A stretch of DNA of 64,000 nucleotides from Rotaria socialis (lineage: Eukaryota), in contig CAJNYD010000117.1 in NCBI GenBank assembly GCA_905331295.1, positions 124,001-188,000 of the forward strand. Direction: 5' to 3'. A program made the position numbers and the translations under genes. Under the pieces are notes generated by a model that saw only the letters and a program-made list of their open reading frames with translations, was not told the origin of the DNA and did not search any database. Shown one piece after another: positions 1-14,200 of the stretch (position 1 is its first letter; every line of letters starts with the position of its first letter).

Positions 1-243
1 TCTTGAAGTTGTTTCAATTTTTTCTTCGTGCTGATCTTCTCCTATTAATACTTTATAGTAAAATTCAAAACAATTATTTTTATCCCAGAATAAACGGAAT
101 TCCATATCAGTTTGTGTGGTACACTCTTGTCTGATGCTAATGATGCGATCGCAATACTTTTGATAAGAAAGTTATTAAAATGTGTTCACGTGTTTCTTGT
201 TCAACTTGTTTAAAAATCGAAGGATATTCACCATCATAATGTG

Positions 244-474
244 TAGGGGTGTCACATTTAAATTTAAAAAAATTTATTAAATCGGGAAATAAATTTTCAA
301 AAATTTAAATTTAAAATAAATTAAATTTTTTTTAAATGAAAAGTTAAATTTANTTAAATTTATTTTAAATTTAACTTTTCATTTAAAAAAAATTTAATTT
401 ATTTTAAATTTAAATTTTTGAAAATTTATTTCCCGATTTAATAAATTTTTTTAAATTTAAATGTGACACCCCTA
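244..474. mobile_element. Palindromic hAT-type MITE
   Basis: Near-perfect ~108-bp inverted arms (TAGGGGTGTCACATTTAAA...TTTAAATGTGACACCCCTA) flanked by a perfect 8-bp direct repeat ATAATGTG (236-243, 475-482). There is an N at 353 near the centre. Confidence 0.85.
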
Positions 475-626
475 ATAATGTGCTAGTGCTATTAATCGAG
501 ATAATGTATTATTCGGTGCATTATTATTCGAGGGAATACACATAATTTTGTATACTCGAAATCAGAGAAAACAACATTTTTCCAAAATTAAAAATAATCA
601 AATATTTTCTTTCTTTTTTATATTAC

Positions 627-1803
627 TGCTTCATATTTGGACTATTTGTTTGGCCACCAGATATATTCTTCATCTCGAAGAATATTGGCGTTGCACGTTT
701 GAAGTCATATATTGATCGGCTTTGCATTAATTGTTCAGCAAAGGCTAAGCATCGAAGGCCATGAAATAAATTTTTCAATATGTAATATTGACGTGTTTCA
801 GTTCGTCGTCTTTAACTACGCTTTGAAAAAATGGCTTAAAACTAAATTTATACAAATACAAATCAGAATATCTTCCATCAAGAGCCGCTTGTTCTATTCT
901 TAATGGATCATAATATTTTTCGAAATAAATTTTTGTAAAATTTATTTCTTCTTTGATTTTAAATTCATCGGGTAAAAACAAACATTTTACGCAATCTAGG
1001 CAGTTTTTTGAGTACTCAAAAAGTGAGTACACTACTAAAACCGGTCAGTGTGTCTGTCCGTTTATTCGATAACTCTTCACAATTACATTCGATTGAGCTG
1101 AAATTTTGTGCACAGAATTGTCTTATCAATATCTCGATCGAGTTCGAAGATGAGAAGGGTCCGCCAAGAAATGGCTGAGTTGTCGAAAAAATTGTCATCT
1201 TTTATCAGACCATCCCTGAGGGAGAGTACAGGGATTTGTCAAAAAAAAACTTTTTTTTCTCAGAATTATCCACAACATATATAAATCGACTCAGTTTTTA
1301 ACGCTGATTCTGAATCTGATATTAGTTTTGAACTAAATGGTAGCTTTCTAACGAAACATCGCCTGAAAAACGTCTCAAAATGCACAAAAACTGCATCCAG
1401 AAATCAAATTGCCTAGTTTCTCATGATACTTTTGGTTTTCAAACATTCTAGAATGATTCATATGTCCCATGCACTTTTTGCAGTACACATAACTCTCGGA
1501 TGAATTCCGAAGTTTCCACATTTATTTTCTAGTAGTTTTTCGAAATTCTCAGATGAATGCACATAAATATCGTAGAGATCCCGTAAATTATGTAGAACAA
1601 ATTCATGAGAATAATCAGAATCAGATGTAAACTTCAACGGATCTTGATGAATGAGACGTGCAACAACTATAAGGTCTCGATCCGACGTTGGCGTATTCGT
1701 ACCATATGCTCATGAACCACGATTGTAAATATTGGCAACACGATCTTGACCTATACTAATTGCAGTCAAGATCAACGAAATGCCGGCACGATTCATCTCA
1801 TGA
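627..1803 (-). pseudogene. Decayed Pol-beta-superfamily nucleotidyltransferase gene interrupted by a HINE-like element
   Basis: Manual translation gives ANIYNRGS*AYGTNTPTSDRDLIVV (GS...DxD motif, 1674-1721; in-frame TGA at 1710-1712). Removing 1004-1523 rejoins FEKLLEN|NCLDCVKCLFLPDEFKIKEE. After a frameshift near 800 it reads LKNLFHGLRCLAFAEQLMQSRSIYDFKR. Confidence 0.7.
1004..1523 (+). mobile_element. Non-autonomous Helentron-associated (DINE-1/HINE-like) element, copy 1
   Basis: T-rich ends with no TSD. 5' GTACTC-AAAAAGT-GAGTAC hairpin, GTGTCTGTCCG (GTCY-type) motif, 3' subterminal CAGTACACA, then a TCGGA-TGAAT-TCCGA stem-loop. Near-identical copy at 47660-48175. Confidence 0.75.
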
Positions 1804-2287
1804 CTACGAAAAATATTGAATAGCTAGATTGGTGAAACAATATCGTCCTTTTAACATACACCAAAAAGTATTGCATTCGATTATGCCAATGTTTATGGCA
1901 TACAGCGCTCTACTCAATTGTATGAATCATTCGAATAAAGATGAGGCAACAGTTCATCATCTGAAAGTGAGCCACGTCAAATTTTTCCTAAAATTTGGAG
2001 AATTTCTGAGATATTACCGGAATTATCGCAGAATTGTGATCGTAATAAATATTCAGGAATACTTTTTCGCTGGATAACCATCTTGAGAGTGTAGATGGCT
2101 AAATTATTGTACTCACTAAATATCAAAGTCTATCAAATAGACTACATCACTGCAAGTGTGATGCAATAAATATGAACAATACTGATTGATCAATATTTGT
2201 TCGTTTAATATTTTATAGTAAATATCGAAAGAATATCACCGGACTAAAACGACAGAAGAAAAAGGCACACTCGTTTTCGTTTCGAAT

Positions 2288-5200
2288 TTATACATCAGTT
2301 TGAAAGAAAGAAGATAGTCTATTGGATTTTCTTCGATGATGTTGACCATCTGTAGCATTACTTGTTTTCATGTCGTCATTTTTTACTTGTCTTAGAAATT
2401 GTATTGGAGCTGGATTCACTGTACTACTCAATCGATGACATTCGATGTTATCGAGACCAGTATTTGTTAATTTATGTGCTTCGAAAATAGAAGTTTTCTA
2501 GAAGATTTTATTTTCAATGGTTAACACTTACTTTTAACAATTCTAGCATAGATAGCTGCTTTTGGTAATGATGATACCGATGTACACATACCATTATGAT
2601 TAATCAGACATGAATATTCATGATCTCGATTTGCATTTGAAGATGACAACAGAATCCGATCATTATTATTATTAGACACATCTGATGATTCGGTTAAATT
2701 AAGATAATTTTCTTCGGCGAAATTTTCTGTTAGATTCGATAAGGAATTCAAACGAACTTGATAACTTATTTGATTATCTGCGTTTTGAGCATTAAAATAA
2801 TCTTTGTTTTTGCAATAGAGAAAATTTTATTTACTAAATTAGAATAAATGATAATTAAAACTTACTTATTGGCGATAACGAGTCTAAAAAAACAAAGAAA
2901 ATAAACATAAAAGTAGATTAAATTATTACACTTACAATCGAATAATTCTTTTGCTTGTGGAATATATGCGTTATCTAAATACACGATATAGACATAGATT
3001 GATAGAAATAGATTAAATCACATCGAATAATAAAAACTAACCATAATCAGTGGCACTATCATTAATAAAAGGTTCGTCGGATGGAACAGTCATTTGATCA
3101 CTAGTCGAATAAGATTTTGAGTCATACTAAATTCAAAAGCACATACATAGATACATTTTCTTTCGCTTATTAGAGTGAACTTACCGAACGACGATTCAAT
3201 GATTGGTAAGCTTGTTGGTTATTCTAGTGACAATTAAATTAAATTAGAAATTTCACAATCTACTTTAAATGAAGTCGTATTGAAAAACTCAGCTGTTCAA
3301 GTACTTTTTGCATAAGGTAGAGTTCAGTAAGGTAAGAAAGATCGCGTTATGTCTTCTATGTAGAATTAAAGGAATTTTACTAGAATTTCGACGTGTAGCA
3401 CCGTATAAATAAAAAGATCTGACTATGACATTTCGAACAAAGATTCTTCTCAAACACAGATCTATTTATCAATAGAATACCATGAAAATTTCATTTCAAA
3501 ATACAGAAAATCGCAGCATTTTTGTGGGATACGAGTAGTATCTTAGAAATTCGACATTATTTTAAAACGAAATTTTCAAGATCTTCTATTGACAGATAGA
3601 TCTGATACCTCACTGAGCTGCATCGCATACAAAAATTCCGAACCCCGGGAGCACTGGAATAATTGAAAACGGTTCCTCGTTGGTGCAAAAATTCATCTTA
3701 CTCTATTATTTAAATAATCCATTATTAAATTTCTATGACCATTATTATCCCCATAGGACATAGTTTCAAATGTTTGTCTTCCATTGTAATTCAATTTGAG
3801 TAACGTTTGTGTTGGATTTTCAATTGGATCTGTTGATGATGATCGTTTATTAATAAGTAATGGTGCTGAAACTAATGGTTTACTTTTTATCGAATTATCT
3901 TTTCGTTTTCTACAATGGCAAATAGCTAATACTGATAATATACACATAAACAATGGAACAATAAATACAATATATAAATATCGTTTTATTGATACCGATA
4001 ACGGAACAATCGACATAACGCATGTAAATAATTGATTAGAATCAGTTAGTAATGGTATACATTGTTCATGATATTGGCATGGATGACTTTGACAAGGATA
4101 CAAATCCAATTGGCATTGATCCCCAGCAAAACGTGACTGTGAACAATTGCATGTAAAACTTAATCCATGATTTGTACATATTCCACCGTGATAACATGGA
4201 TGATATAATGAGCAGATATCATTTGTTTTTGAATATTTTCGAACGATCTCTGTCAATAGACACCCTTTGTTTGTACCAATAAATTCAATCGAGTCGTTTT
4301 TTTGTTCGAGAAATATCATTTCATGATTGAATGTTATATTATCTAAACAGCCCTTGAAATCGCTGCCGATCATTAATTGTACAAGAATATCGGAATGAAT
4401 TTGTTGTGATAAAAGTATTTTATCACTAAAAACATGATCAAGCCGAATAAGATAATAGTAATGAGAATAATCGATTGAAAAGTAAATATCATGCCATAGG
4501 CCATCATTGATTAACAGTTGATTTAATTGTAAGAGAATATTTTCATTGTAGTCAACATTAAGATAACCATTAATAATTTGTATAATTATCAAATCATGTG
4601 TCGTTTTAGTTGCATTGAAATACATTAATTCAAGTAATTTACCGTCTGTTGATTGTGTACGAAAACTAAATGCTACCTCTATACGTAGTGGCATGTTCGT
4701 GGTAAAATTTATTCGTACTAAGCTATGACCATTGAAAGTCAATGCATTTGATGCGTCTAAACAAATAGGTAAAAATAAGCAATGCTCTCATGCCCGACAC
4801 AATCGTTATTACTCAAAATTGATTGAACTGTACAAAGAAATTTCGCCACAAGAGAAGTACGCATATAGTTTAACTAACGTGAACATCATTCTTATTGGAT
4901 GTTTCTCAAATATGAATATAACTTCCTCAAAAAATATCGTGGAAAGGTCGACCATGTGAGGTTGGTTATATAAGAAAAGCACCTCCATTTCTAGAAATCT
5001 TTGTTTCATTCAATTTGATACTCCTATCGAACTAAGGATATAATAAATGGCATCATTCTGGCTCGCAATATCTAAGTCAGATAAATAATTCAAAACCTAC
5101 CACGACATGTTGGCGAATTAACATTGATGCATTCAAATGAATTATCATCAAGAACAATATTATCATTACATAATTCATTTACACATTGACAGGAATATAA

Positions 5201-8200
5201 TGTTGAACTTTCTTCAATGCAGCGTTCCATTAATGAACAAGGATTCGATGAACACGGAGATTGTTTATCATGTTTTAACTCACAGCGTTCTCCATAGAAC
5301 GAATTCATACATAAACATTTTATATTCCATTGATATTTTGGTATTAAACTTTGATATGTATTCGAATAAAAATATTTATACTGATTATATAATAAACTAA
5401 TATAACTTGTACAATGAGCATTGTTCTCACATGAATCTGCGTCACATTGATTCAACAGAATTTTCTCAAAAATATTCGTTGAACTTTTTAATTGATTATA
5501 AAGAACTTTCTTGTGTATGTAATGTTTCGATATTGAATGTAGAATAGAGACAAGTAGTTCAATTTGATTTTGTTTTAATTCATGTGCATAAATATGAACA
5601 TGATCGATATTTACATCCGTAATTTCAGCTAAATGTTGACGTATGGAGGATAAATTATGAATAATAAATTGTTCATATGTTAAATTAGACGGAATATTTA
5701 TTAGTAAGGATATTGTTCGATCTAACATGTCACGATAAATAGATCGAAGTTGAATATTAATCGTTTGAAATTGAATATTTGATGGGAAGAAAATTTGTGT
5801 ATTATTTTGTAGAACAAGTCCAGGTATTGGTTTCGGTATAGCCATCACTGTCAAACGTATTCGATATTCGGTAGAAGCTGTTTGATGTAGTGATTTGAAA
5901 TAAAGTTCAGTCTGATTATTTGATAATTGTTTGAGAAAAAAGTTCTTATCGGCTATTAAATTAAAATGGATGTACTCATACTGTGCATGATTTTCAATAA
6001 ATAATTGGCCGAGATTAATGGGAAGAAAGTTTTCTTCAAAATTTATATAGCCTTGAATGGTTTGTGATGTTATTGTTGGAAAATCAATTTCATCGTGAAG
6101 ATAAATTATAGAAAGATCTAAATCTGAGAAGAATATATTATCATCCCAAATACGAATAATTAAATTATCTTGACGATTGTTTAGTATAGGCCTATTGAGA
6201 AGAAGTTCGATTGAATCGGAATAGGTACGAAGAGTGTAAGTTGAAGAAATATCATTAATAATTTCGTAGGTTAAATTTGATTGGTCTTTATCAATAAAGT
6301 CAATTTTGTAAAGAATTGTGTTCATCGACGGATAAAAAAGATATAAAAGTCTCGTGAAATTTTCAGTTAGAAATTCCGGAGAATTATCATTTAAATTACG
6401 AACATGTATTGTTAGATTCATTGAGGTGATGAATATAGACTAAATAGAAAGTAGTTTTTTTTTCATAGGCGTTTGAAATAAAATATATAACATAGTATTC
6501 TCCATTTTCAAATTATGCTAGAGGAGAATCTTATTGAATGCTGCAAGCTTTTACAAGGATTTCCAGCGCATGCTAGAGCTCATACTAGCGAATATCTGAT
6601 TTTATAGAGCATTATTTACTGTGACTGAGGAGTAGCTATTTTTCGGGACATATTTTCATTACCTGATTCATTCGATCTTTTACAATTATCGATACATTAT
6701 ATTCGTGTTTATCAATTTCATAATCAAATATTTTTCGATTAATAACAGTTCCATTATTAGATAAAATACCAAATGTATTCGTCGGATCCATTAAATCATA
6801 GATAAAATCGATGGAATCTTTTCCGATCGTACAAATTTTTGTTCCATTAGGTTGGTTTTCGTCAATAAAACATCGATTTCTATTTTCCAGTGTAAAATAA
6901 ATATAATCATCATTTATAATCGTTATACAAACATTTGTTCGATCAATTAAATCAATGTCATCTTCATTCGCTTGAACAGTTAATGTTACGCTTGCCATCG
7001 CTGACGGAATATATGCATTCAAACGAATATCTCCCGTGTGTTTATCAATGGAAAAAATAAACGAAGAATTCATTAAATAATAACTTATATTTCCATTCAT
7101 TATTGGATCATAGCTGAATGCCATTACTTGAAAAATAATTGTTCCTGGCTGAGTAGATTTATTAATACTGATTTGATACAGATCTTTTTCAAACACTGGT
7201 CCATGATCATTCAAATCATTGATAAAAATAGTGAATTTATCGGTTAGATTTTTTTGATTCGTACGATCAATGGCAATAATGTCATATTGTAATTTTTCTC
7301 CGTGAATTTCTCGATCGAGTTTATCAAGCAGAATAATTGAACCAGTTGTTACATCGATTGAAATTTGCGATGAAAAATTGCGAAGATAGAATTTATATTC
7401 GAATAAAAATAGTTGATCAATATCGATTAATTTTATACGACCGATGTAGATAGGAATAAGATTATTTTCATTGAGATTATAGATTAATGATTTTGAATCT
7501 AATTTTATTGCGTTATCATTAATATTAATTAGCTTGATTACTATTGGAAATGAACAATGAAGTTCGTTCGGCTCGAGAGTAATGAAAAATGAGTAAATAT
7601 GTTTTTGTTCATAATCGAGACGAGATTTTGAAGTTAATAAACCTGTTGAACTGTTGAAATGAAATAGTTGTGCATCAGAGTTACCGATTAGCTGCATATT
7701 AATTAGTTCGACCAAGTGTGAATTATTATTTATCATTAATAGTACTTCTTTGATACTTCCGATTTCTGTATCAATGGGAGATTCTTCTTCGATCATCCAT
7801 TCAATTGGCATCTAGATAAATTAATATTTACAGTTTCTTGTCAGCAGAAAATATAGAAAAATAACTTACTACTGGACAGATAAAATACGACCAATTCGGT
7901 GATCGAACAATTGATATATTAGTACGACAATAGGACTTTGATAATGACGACATAAGAATAATTAATTCAAAGTAGTCATCAGAAGTTTGATTGAGTATTG
8001 ACGAAACTAACGAAAGTTCGCCCAAGTTATTTATAGAAAATAGGCCGTATTTATCTCCGGAGAGAATATAATAATAATTTGAATTTTTATTATTCAGTTG
8101 GATAGTTTGAATGATTGTACCTAAGAAAAAGAAATGATGAACTTTGGGATTTGAAAATTTCCCCTTTGTAAAAGATTTCATGGGTCTTTCTAATCGTATG

Positions 8201-11200
8201 GAAGATGGGTTTGTCTTACCTGGTAGAGTTTGATCTGAAATCAATATTGATGTATTCTGACATGATGAAATCTCCCTAGGTATACTAAATTGTTGATTTG
8301 CTTTATTAAATATAACATGAACGATAGCAGTATCGTTAAATAGTGTTTTTTCATCGATTGCATAAACGAATAGTTGAATACGATGGAATGTTTTCATTCT
8401 ATTGAAATCATATTTAAATGATAAAATTCCATTGGTTGGATCGATAATGAAACCATAGGGATTCGTTTGCAATCTATAACGAATTTCATTAAAACTTGTT
8501 GCAAAAACACGAATATTATCGGTATAAAAATAATAAATGTTCGATGAAAATTTTGGTTTGATACTCGAATCGATAAATAAAACTTTTATTTGACTTAATG
8601 ATATTGAATTTTCGTAGATTAATTGTATTTCAAAGAAACATAAATCTGATAGGATGGGAAATTTTTTAAAAAATAATTTATTTTGTTTGATATAAAAATT
8701 TTCAATGCAGCTGCTTCTCGTTAATGGCGTTGAATTTATTATTAAAGTAGAATTTTTCTTCGCATCAAATTTTTCCATAAAAGAATTTTCTTTTAAAATT
8801 GCTTTTTCCATAGAAAATTCATAGAATTTTTTATTCAATGTGAAATTCTTTGTAGCCATCCTTATTTGTATTGAAGTTTGACATGTAAAATTTTTCCAAT
8901 TGCCGTAAATATTAAAATGATAAATTTTCGATAGCATCAATTGTCGTTTCAGTATTAATTTATTTTGAGTAATTTCAATAAAACTTGTTTGATCAATGCG
9001 AAATCGAGTGAACGATAACGGTTGATTTAATGAATCAACAAGTTGCAAATGAAAAATTTCGTAAGGAATTGTCATTGGCGGAGTCAACGAAATGAAATAT
9101 AGATTTGAAGTGAATTGCGGTTGAATAGGAAAAATAATTCGAACTTTTGTATAGACTATTTGTTGAGCATAATCCGATGCCGAAGCAAAAAATTCGATGG
9201 TTTGAGGGAAAAAATCTCTATGAATCATAATTAAACCAGAATAGGGATCAATCGTAATGCCATCGGGCTCGAGATAGAGTTTATAAACGATTCGATCATC
9301 TGGATCGAAGTCATACGCTAAGATCTGCCCAAGAATTTTATTGTATTCAAATGCATATTCATCTGAAGAAAATGTTGGCCGATGTTTCGAGTAATAACGG
9401 ATAGTAATTGATAGATGAGTTTTCGTTAAGTATAAACCATCACCAACAGCAATTTCTAATCGGATGAAAGTCTGATTAGAAGAACAGTTTTGTGTAATTA
9501 TTCCAGTTTTTTCATTGATTGAAAAAAAATTTCGTTGATTTTTATCAAGAAGATAAAATTTGAGATTTTCATTATCCGATGGGTCAAGATCATATGCAGA
9601 TAATTTTGTTACAAATGTATCTTCAGATGAAATTGTTAAATTTAATGGAAAATTAGAAAATATTGGACGATGATTATTATAATCAAGAACAGTTAATTTA
9701 ATAATGAGTATTTTGTTGATTGGAGAAATATGAATTTTAAAGGAATAAAATTGATCAGATAAATAATTAATCAGAGTTACTCGTCCGGTATTTGAATCGA
9801 TTGTAAAAAGATCAGAATTTGAATCGTGTAATGAATATTGAAGATTTTCCACATTAGACATATTTGGTTGAAAGATGACAGAGTCAGGTGGAAGAATTTC
9901 TGATATTCTTAGAAAATAAACTAGAGAAGTGAGTGAAATAAATTCCGGCTTGAGTATATGAATTGTTATATTGATTGTTGTATTTTGTTGATAAATTAAA
10001 TCTCGAGCTATAATTTGATATTCCACTATTGTTTTATTGTCGTTGTAGTTATTTGACATGTATTCAATAATGCCGTTATCAGGATTAATAGTAAAATGTT
10101 TTACTGGCGAAACGAACTGATAGACAAGTTGGCTTCGATTGATATTATAAGGTTGAGCAGATATTTGGCCGATAAAAATTGTTTTATTTGTATTATTTGT
10201 AATATCAAGTGAAAATATATATGATTTTTGAGAGAATAAGGGAGCTTTACTTGAAATGATGTCGAAATTGATTAATAAACCGTTGCGAAGTTGAACGAGT
10301 CCCGATTGCTGTTAAGAGACAATAAAAAAATTTTAATTTTTCGTATTTTCTTCTATCGTGTAATCAGAAAATGCTCTGGGTTGAACGAGTGATACAGAGA
10401 AACTTTTGTCATAGACGAGACTCTCACAGCTATCTTATTTTTCTGAGTTTGATGCATCGATTTTCGTTAAATAATTTCGAACAACTAGAGTTTGAAATAT
10501 CGGTACAGGAACGAGGAGAATTTCTCTTTTGAACGACGTCATCTAGTCAGTAGTTTTCGTTTTCTATTGAAAAACTATTTCAAACTGTAAGTTAATTTTT
10601 CATACCTTTTTAAAATCTGTTAACTTTTCAATTTCTCTGTCTAAATTATTTCCTTTCCTAATCATCATATACGGTATTGATGAAAATCCATTGAATGTAA
10701 CTAAACAACGTGAATTTTCGATTTCAATCAAAAGTATTAAATCATTCATAATCAATTGCTTTTGATTACGATACCGTAGGAAGCCATGTTCACGTTCCAA
10801 TAGAAATAAATGATTATAATTCAAAAGATAACACGACTTTTTTCTCGAATGATTTTTATTCCCATTTAAAATTTCAATAACACCAATTAATTGATCGTCA
10901 TTGGGAAGATTGAATGTATTCAATGAACAATGAATTGTTTCTTTGGATAAAATATTAATTTGAACACGATTTTTTCCAACAAGAAACGTATAAAAATTTC
11001 CATTTGCTAAAATTAATGCCTGATTTCTAACAAATAATCTTCCAGTATGATCAATAGAAAACATCGATGAAATTTTTTTATTGGAGATTCTAAGATTTGT
11101 ACCGAATTCATTCAGATATCCAATAGTATAATTATTAACAAATGGTTTATACAATATAAATTTGTAATTCAATTGTTTAGAATCTTTAATAAAAATATTT

Positions 11201-14200
11201 AAACGTGTCGATGCAATTAAGGATTGATATCGTGCGAGAATAAGAAGTGAATATTTAATAAATGAATTTTTATTTTGAATATATTTTACTCTTCCAACAG
11301 ATTGGTCTAATTCAAAGGATTTAATATTCGTTTGATTCATCAATTGATACGTAATATTAAATGAATCTGTATATTGATTTCGATTTTTTATTGCGAGTTG
11401 CGTTGGCTCTTGATTGGAATAGACAAATGATTTAGAATCGAATAAATTATTGACATAACCATCATAAAATTCTTTTTCAAATACAAATTCAATGGTTTCA
11501 TTAGAATATTTTATTTCGAAATCGATTAAACACGTGGCAAGATACGCAGGGGTAAATGTATCCAAACCGTGAATAATGAGAGAATCATAGTGGTGATATT
11601 TTTGACCGGTTAACGGATCAATACTATTGGGAGGGATGGATTTGTATGTAAAAAGATTCGGAGAAGTATTTGAATCCAAGGGACACGTGAATTGAAGACC
11701 AACATTCGAAATAAATATAGTTACAATACAAAATATGGGCTTGATTTGTGATGTATCAATGATAACTAATTCAATGGGATAAGTATAAGAGCGAGAACGA
11801 GATTCATCAAGAAGAAGTATCGATTGATTAGATGAATCGATTGAAAATAGACCTAATGGATCACCTAGAATAAATATTTCAATGCGTTATAGAACAAATT
11901 TTCCTAGTCAAGAGATGGTGTTTTTTGCCGCTGCGCTAAATTCTCATGCAACGATTTACTGTAGCTATTAGGTTACCTTCGATAATTTGAGCATCTGGTT
12001 TTATTCGTTGTTCATCGTGACCATTACTAATTAATTCCAAATCAATTAAATATTTCTTTTGATTTTTTATTAATGAGGTTTCAAATATAACTAAATAATT
12101 ATCTTGACTAAATCGATATGAATAATCGGTTTGATTTTTCGGAGTTTCCTCATCGACAATATCGATGTGTAAACGTGCATAGGCGATTCGTGAAAGATTT
12201 TCACAGCGATGTATTATAGTTAATAAATGTTTTTGACTCATCGATTTTCCTAATGATTGAATATTAGTTATTGAACCTGACTTTGGATCGATGCGAAATA
12301 AATTCTTCGATTTAATTCTTTCAGCTGAATGAATATGATATGTACAATTATCCAATGAATTCTCAATGGTTAATTCTGTTATGCGACTACCGATTGGAAT
12401 CGTTCTTGACACAGTAGTATAATAATCCACTCGAGAAAAAGAAATCAATGGATGTCTATCATCAATAATATGAACCATCACCTAGAAACAAGAACTTATT
12501 TACTATGCGAAAGTCATGTGGCTTCAAAACAAAAATTTACTTTAATTGTAGCCATATGAATCCAATCGCTCGTTGTATTAATGTTAAGTTCAATTTTTGT
12601 TGTTCCATTCATTAATTCTTCAACAGGACGAATAAGAATAAGTTCACCAGACTGAAAATTTACATGAAAATAACGTGTATGATCAATAGGGCCGATCATA
12701 ATGAACCATTGTGTACGATTGCTATTGATTTGAAGTTGTACTAATGTAGAACCAACTTTAGTTGTTGCTAATAAGTTAATATCAATAGTCGAATCATCCG
12801 TAAACGATAATGAACGATCAAAGACGTTTGCAGGTAGAACACGAATTTTTATTGGTAAAATAATTCGAGATGAAACAACACGCCATTTACCACGAATCGA
12901 AGATTCGCTAAGAATAATTTCATCGTGTTCAACATCATCACGATATGCAACTGTAAATGCCTCAACCTAAATGAAATAGATAATTTTAGAGATTTTCAAG
13001 ATGGAGGTTCTTTTTTCGTACGCTAAATTCGTAGATTTTCTTAGGTTCTAATATTTGTTTCGAAGCTATGTAACCACTTTGACGATTAATAATAAAATAT
13101 TGATTAGAATCCATAATTTGATAACGTACTTCAATATTTTTATCGTATACTTTATGATCTAATAAAGCAATAACTTGAAACAAACGTTGTCGCAATCGTT
13201 GACTATTGAATGAAGTTTCAATTAAATCAATATAATATATTGGTGAATAGAAAAATGTTGGTGTTAACTGATTTCGTCGAATCAGATTAACTTCTAAATA
13301 ACAATCAACCGATAATTGATGTTGCCTATCCAGAGCTTCTATGGTTAACATATAATTCGATAGTGCTATATGATTAGCTGGATTCAATTGAAGAGAGCCC
13401 GTTTCTTTATCAATAGAAAACATGTTTTTCTTTATACTCTCATTGACTATGGAATATTGAAATTGAACATCACCATAGAATGATAATGCTGAAACACAAG
13501 CAAATATCGATGGAATTGAATAATCATAAATCTTTACATTCTGATAAATATCAACGCATTGCGGCGAATAGAAATTATCTTCTCGGACACTTATATGAAC
13601 GTGAACAAATGAATGTGGCGGATGAGCACGATACCGAGTTAAACGAATCGATAGCCAATACGTTGCATTAGACAGATCAGCTGACGAATGAATAAGTCGA
13701 ATCGAACCTAAGTAGAATAATGAAAGAGGCTCATTAATGATCTACGGTTGTAGCTATTATTTCACAATTGAGGTTCGTAGTAATGAATTTCTCGATTCTA
13801 ATTTACAGTCTGTCTAAGATCGCGAAATTATTTCCCCCTGTGAAAAATTCGTTACATCAGTCTTAAATCATTTAGGAATGATCTGTCACAGATAAGTTCT
13901 CGTCGCCATTAAGAAATAGAGAGGATAACGATTAAAAAGAACAACTAATAAATCGTAAATAAACGAATTAAACTGAATAGAATCTATCAGATAAACGCGC
14001 AATACCTTGTTGATCAATGGCAAATGGCATTGCATTATCATCATGAATGATATCAATGAAATCCACCGATGATTCTAAAAGTCGAAGATCATGATAAACA
14101 TTGGTAACAATTGTTCCTATAGGTAACGATCGATTAATCATTATTTCGTAAGCTGGTTCTCGTAAAAGAATTGGCTCTTGAATTTCCGTAACACGTATTA

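Noticed and set aside
1710..1712. In-frame TGA in the NTase motif as possible selenocysteine or recoding
   Set aside because: The same gene has a frameshift and a transposon insertion, so a nonsense mutation (e.g. TGG>TGA) is simpler. No SECIS was recognised.
3796..5400. Short ORFs at 3796-4035, 4732-4959, 4809-5009 and 5137-5400
   Set aside because: Antisense shadows of cadherin exons or intronic chance ORFs.
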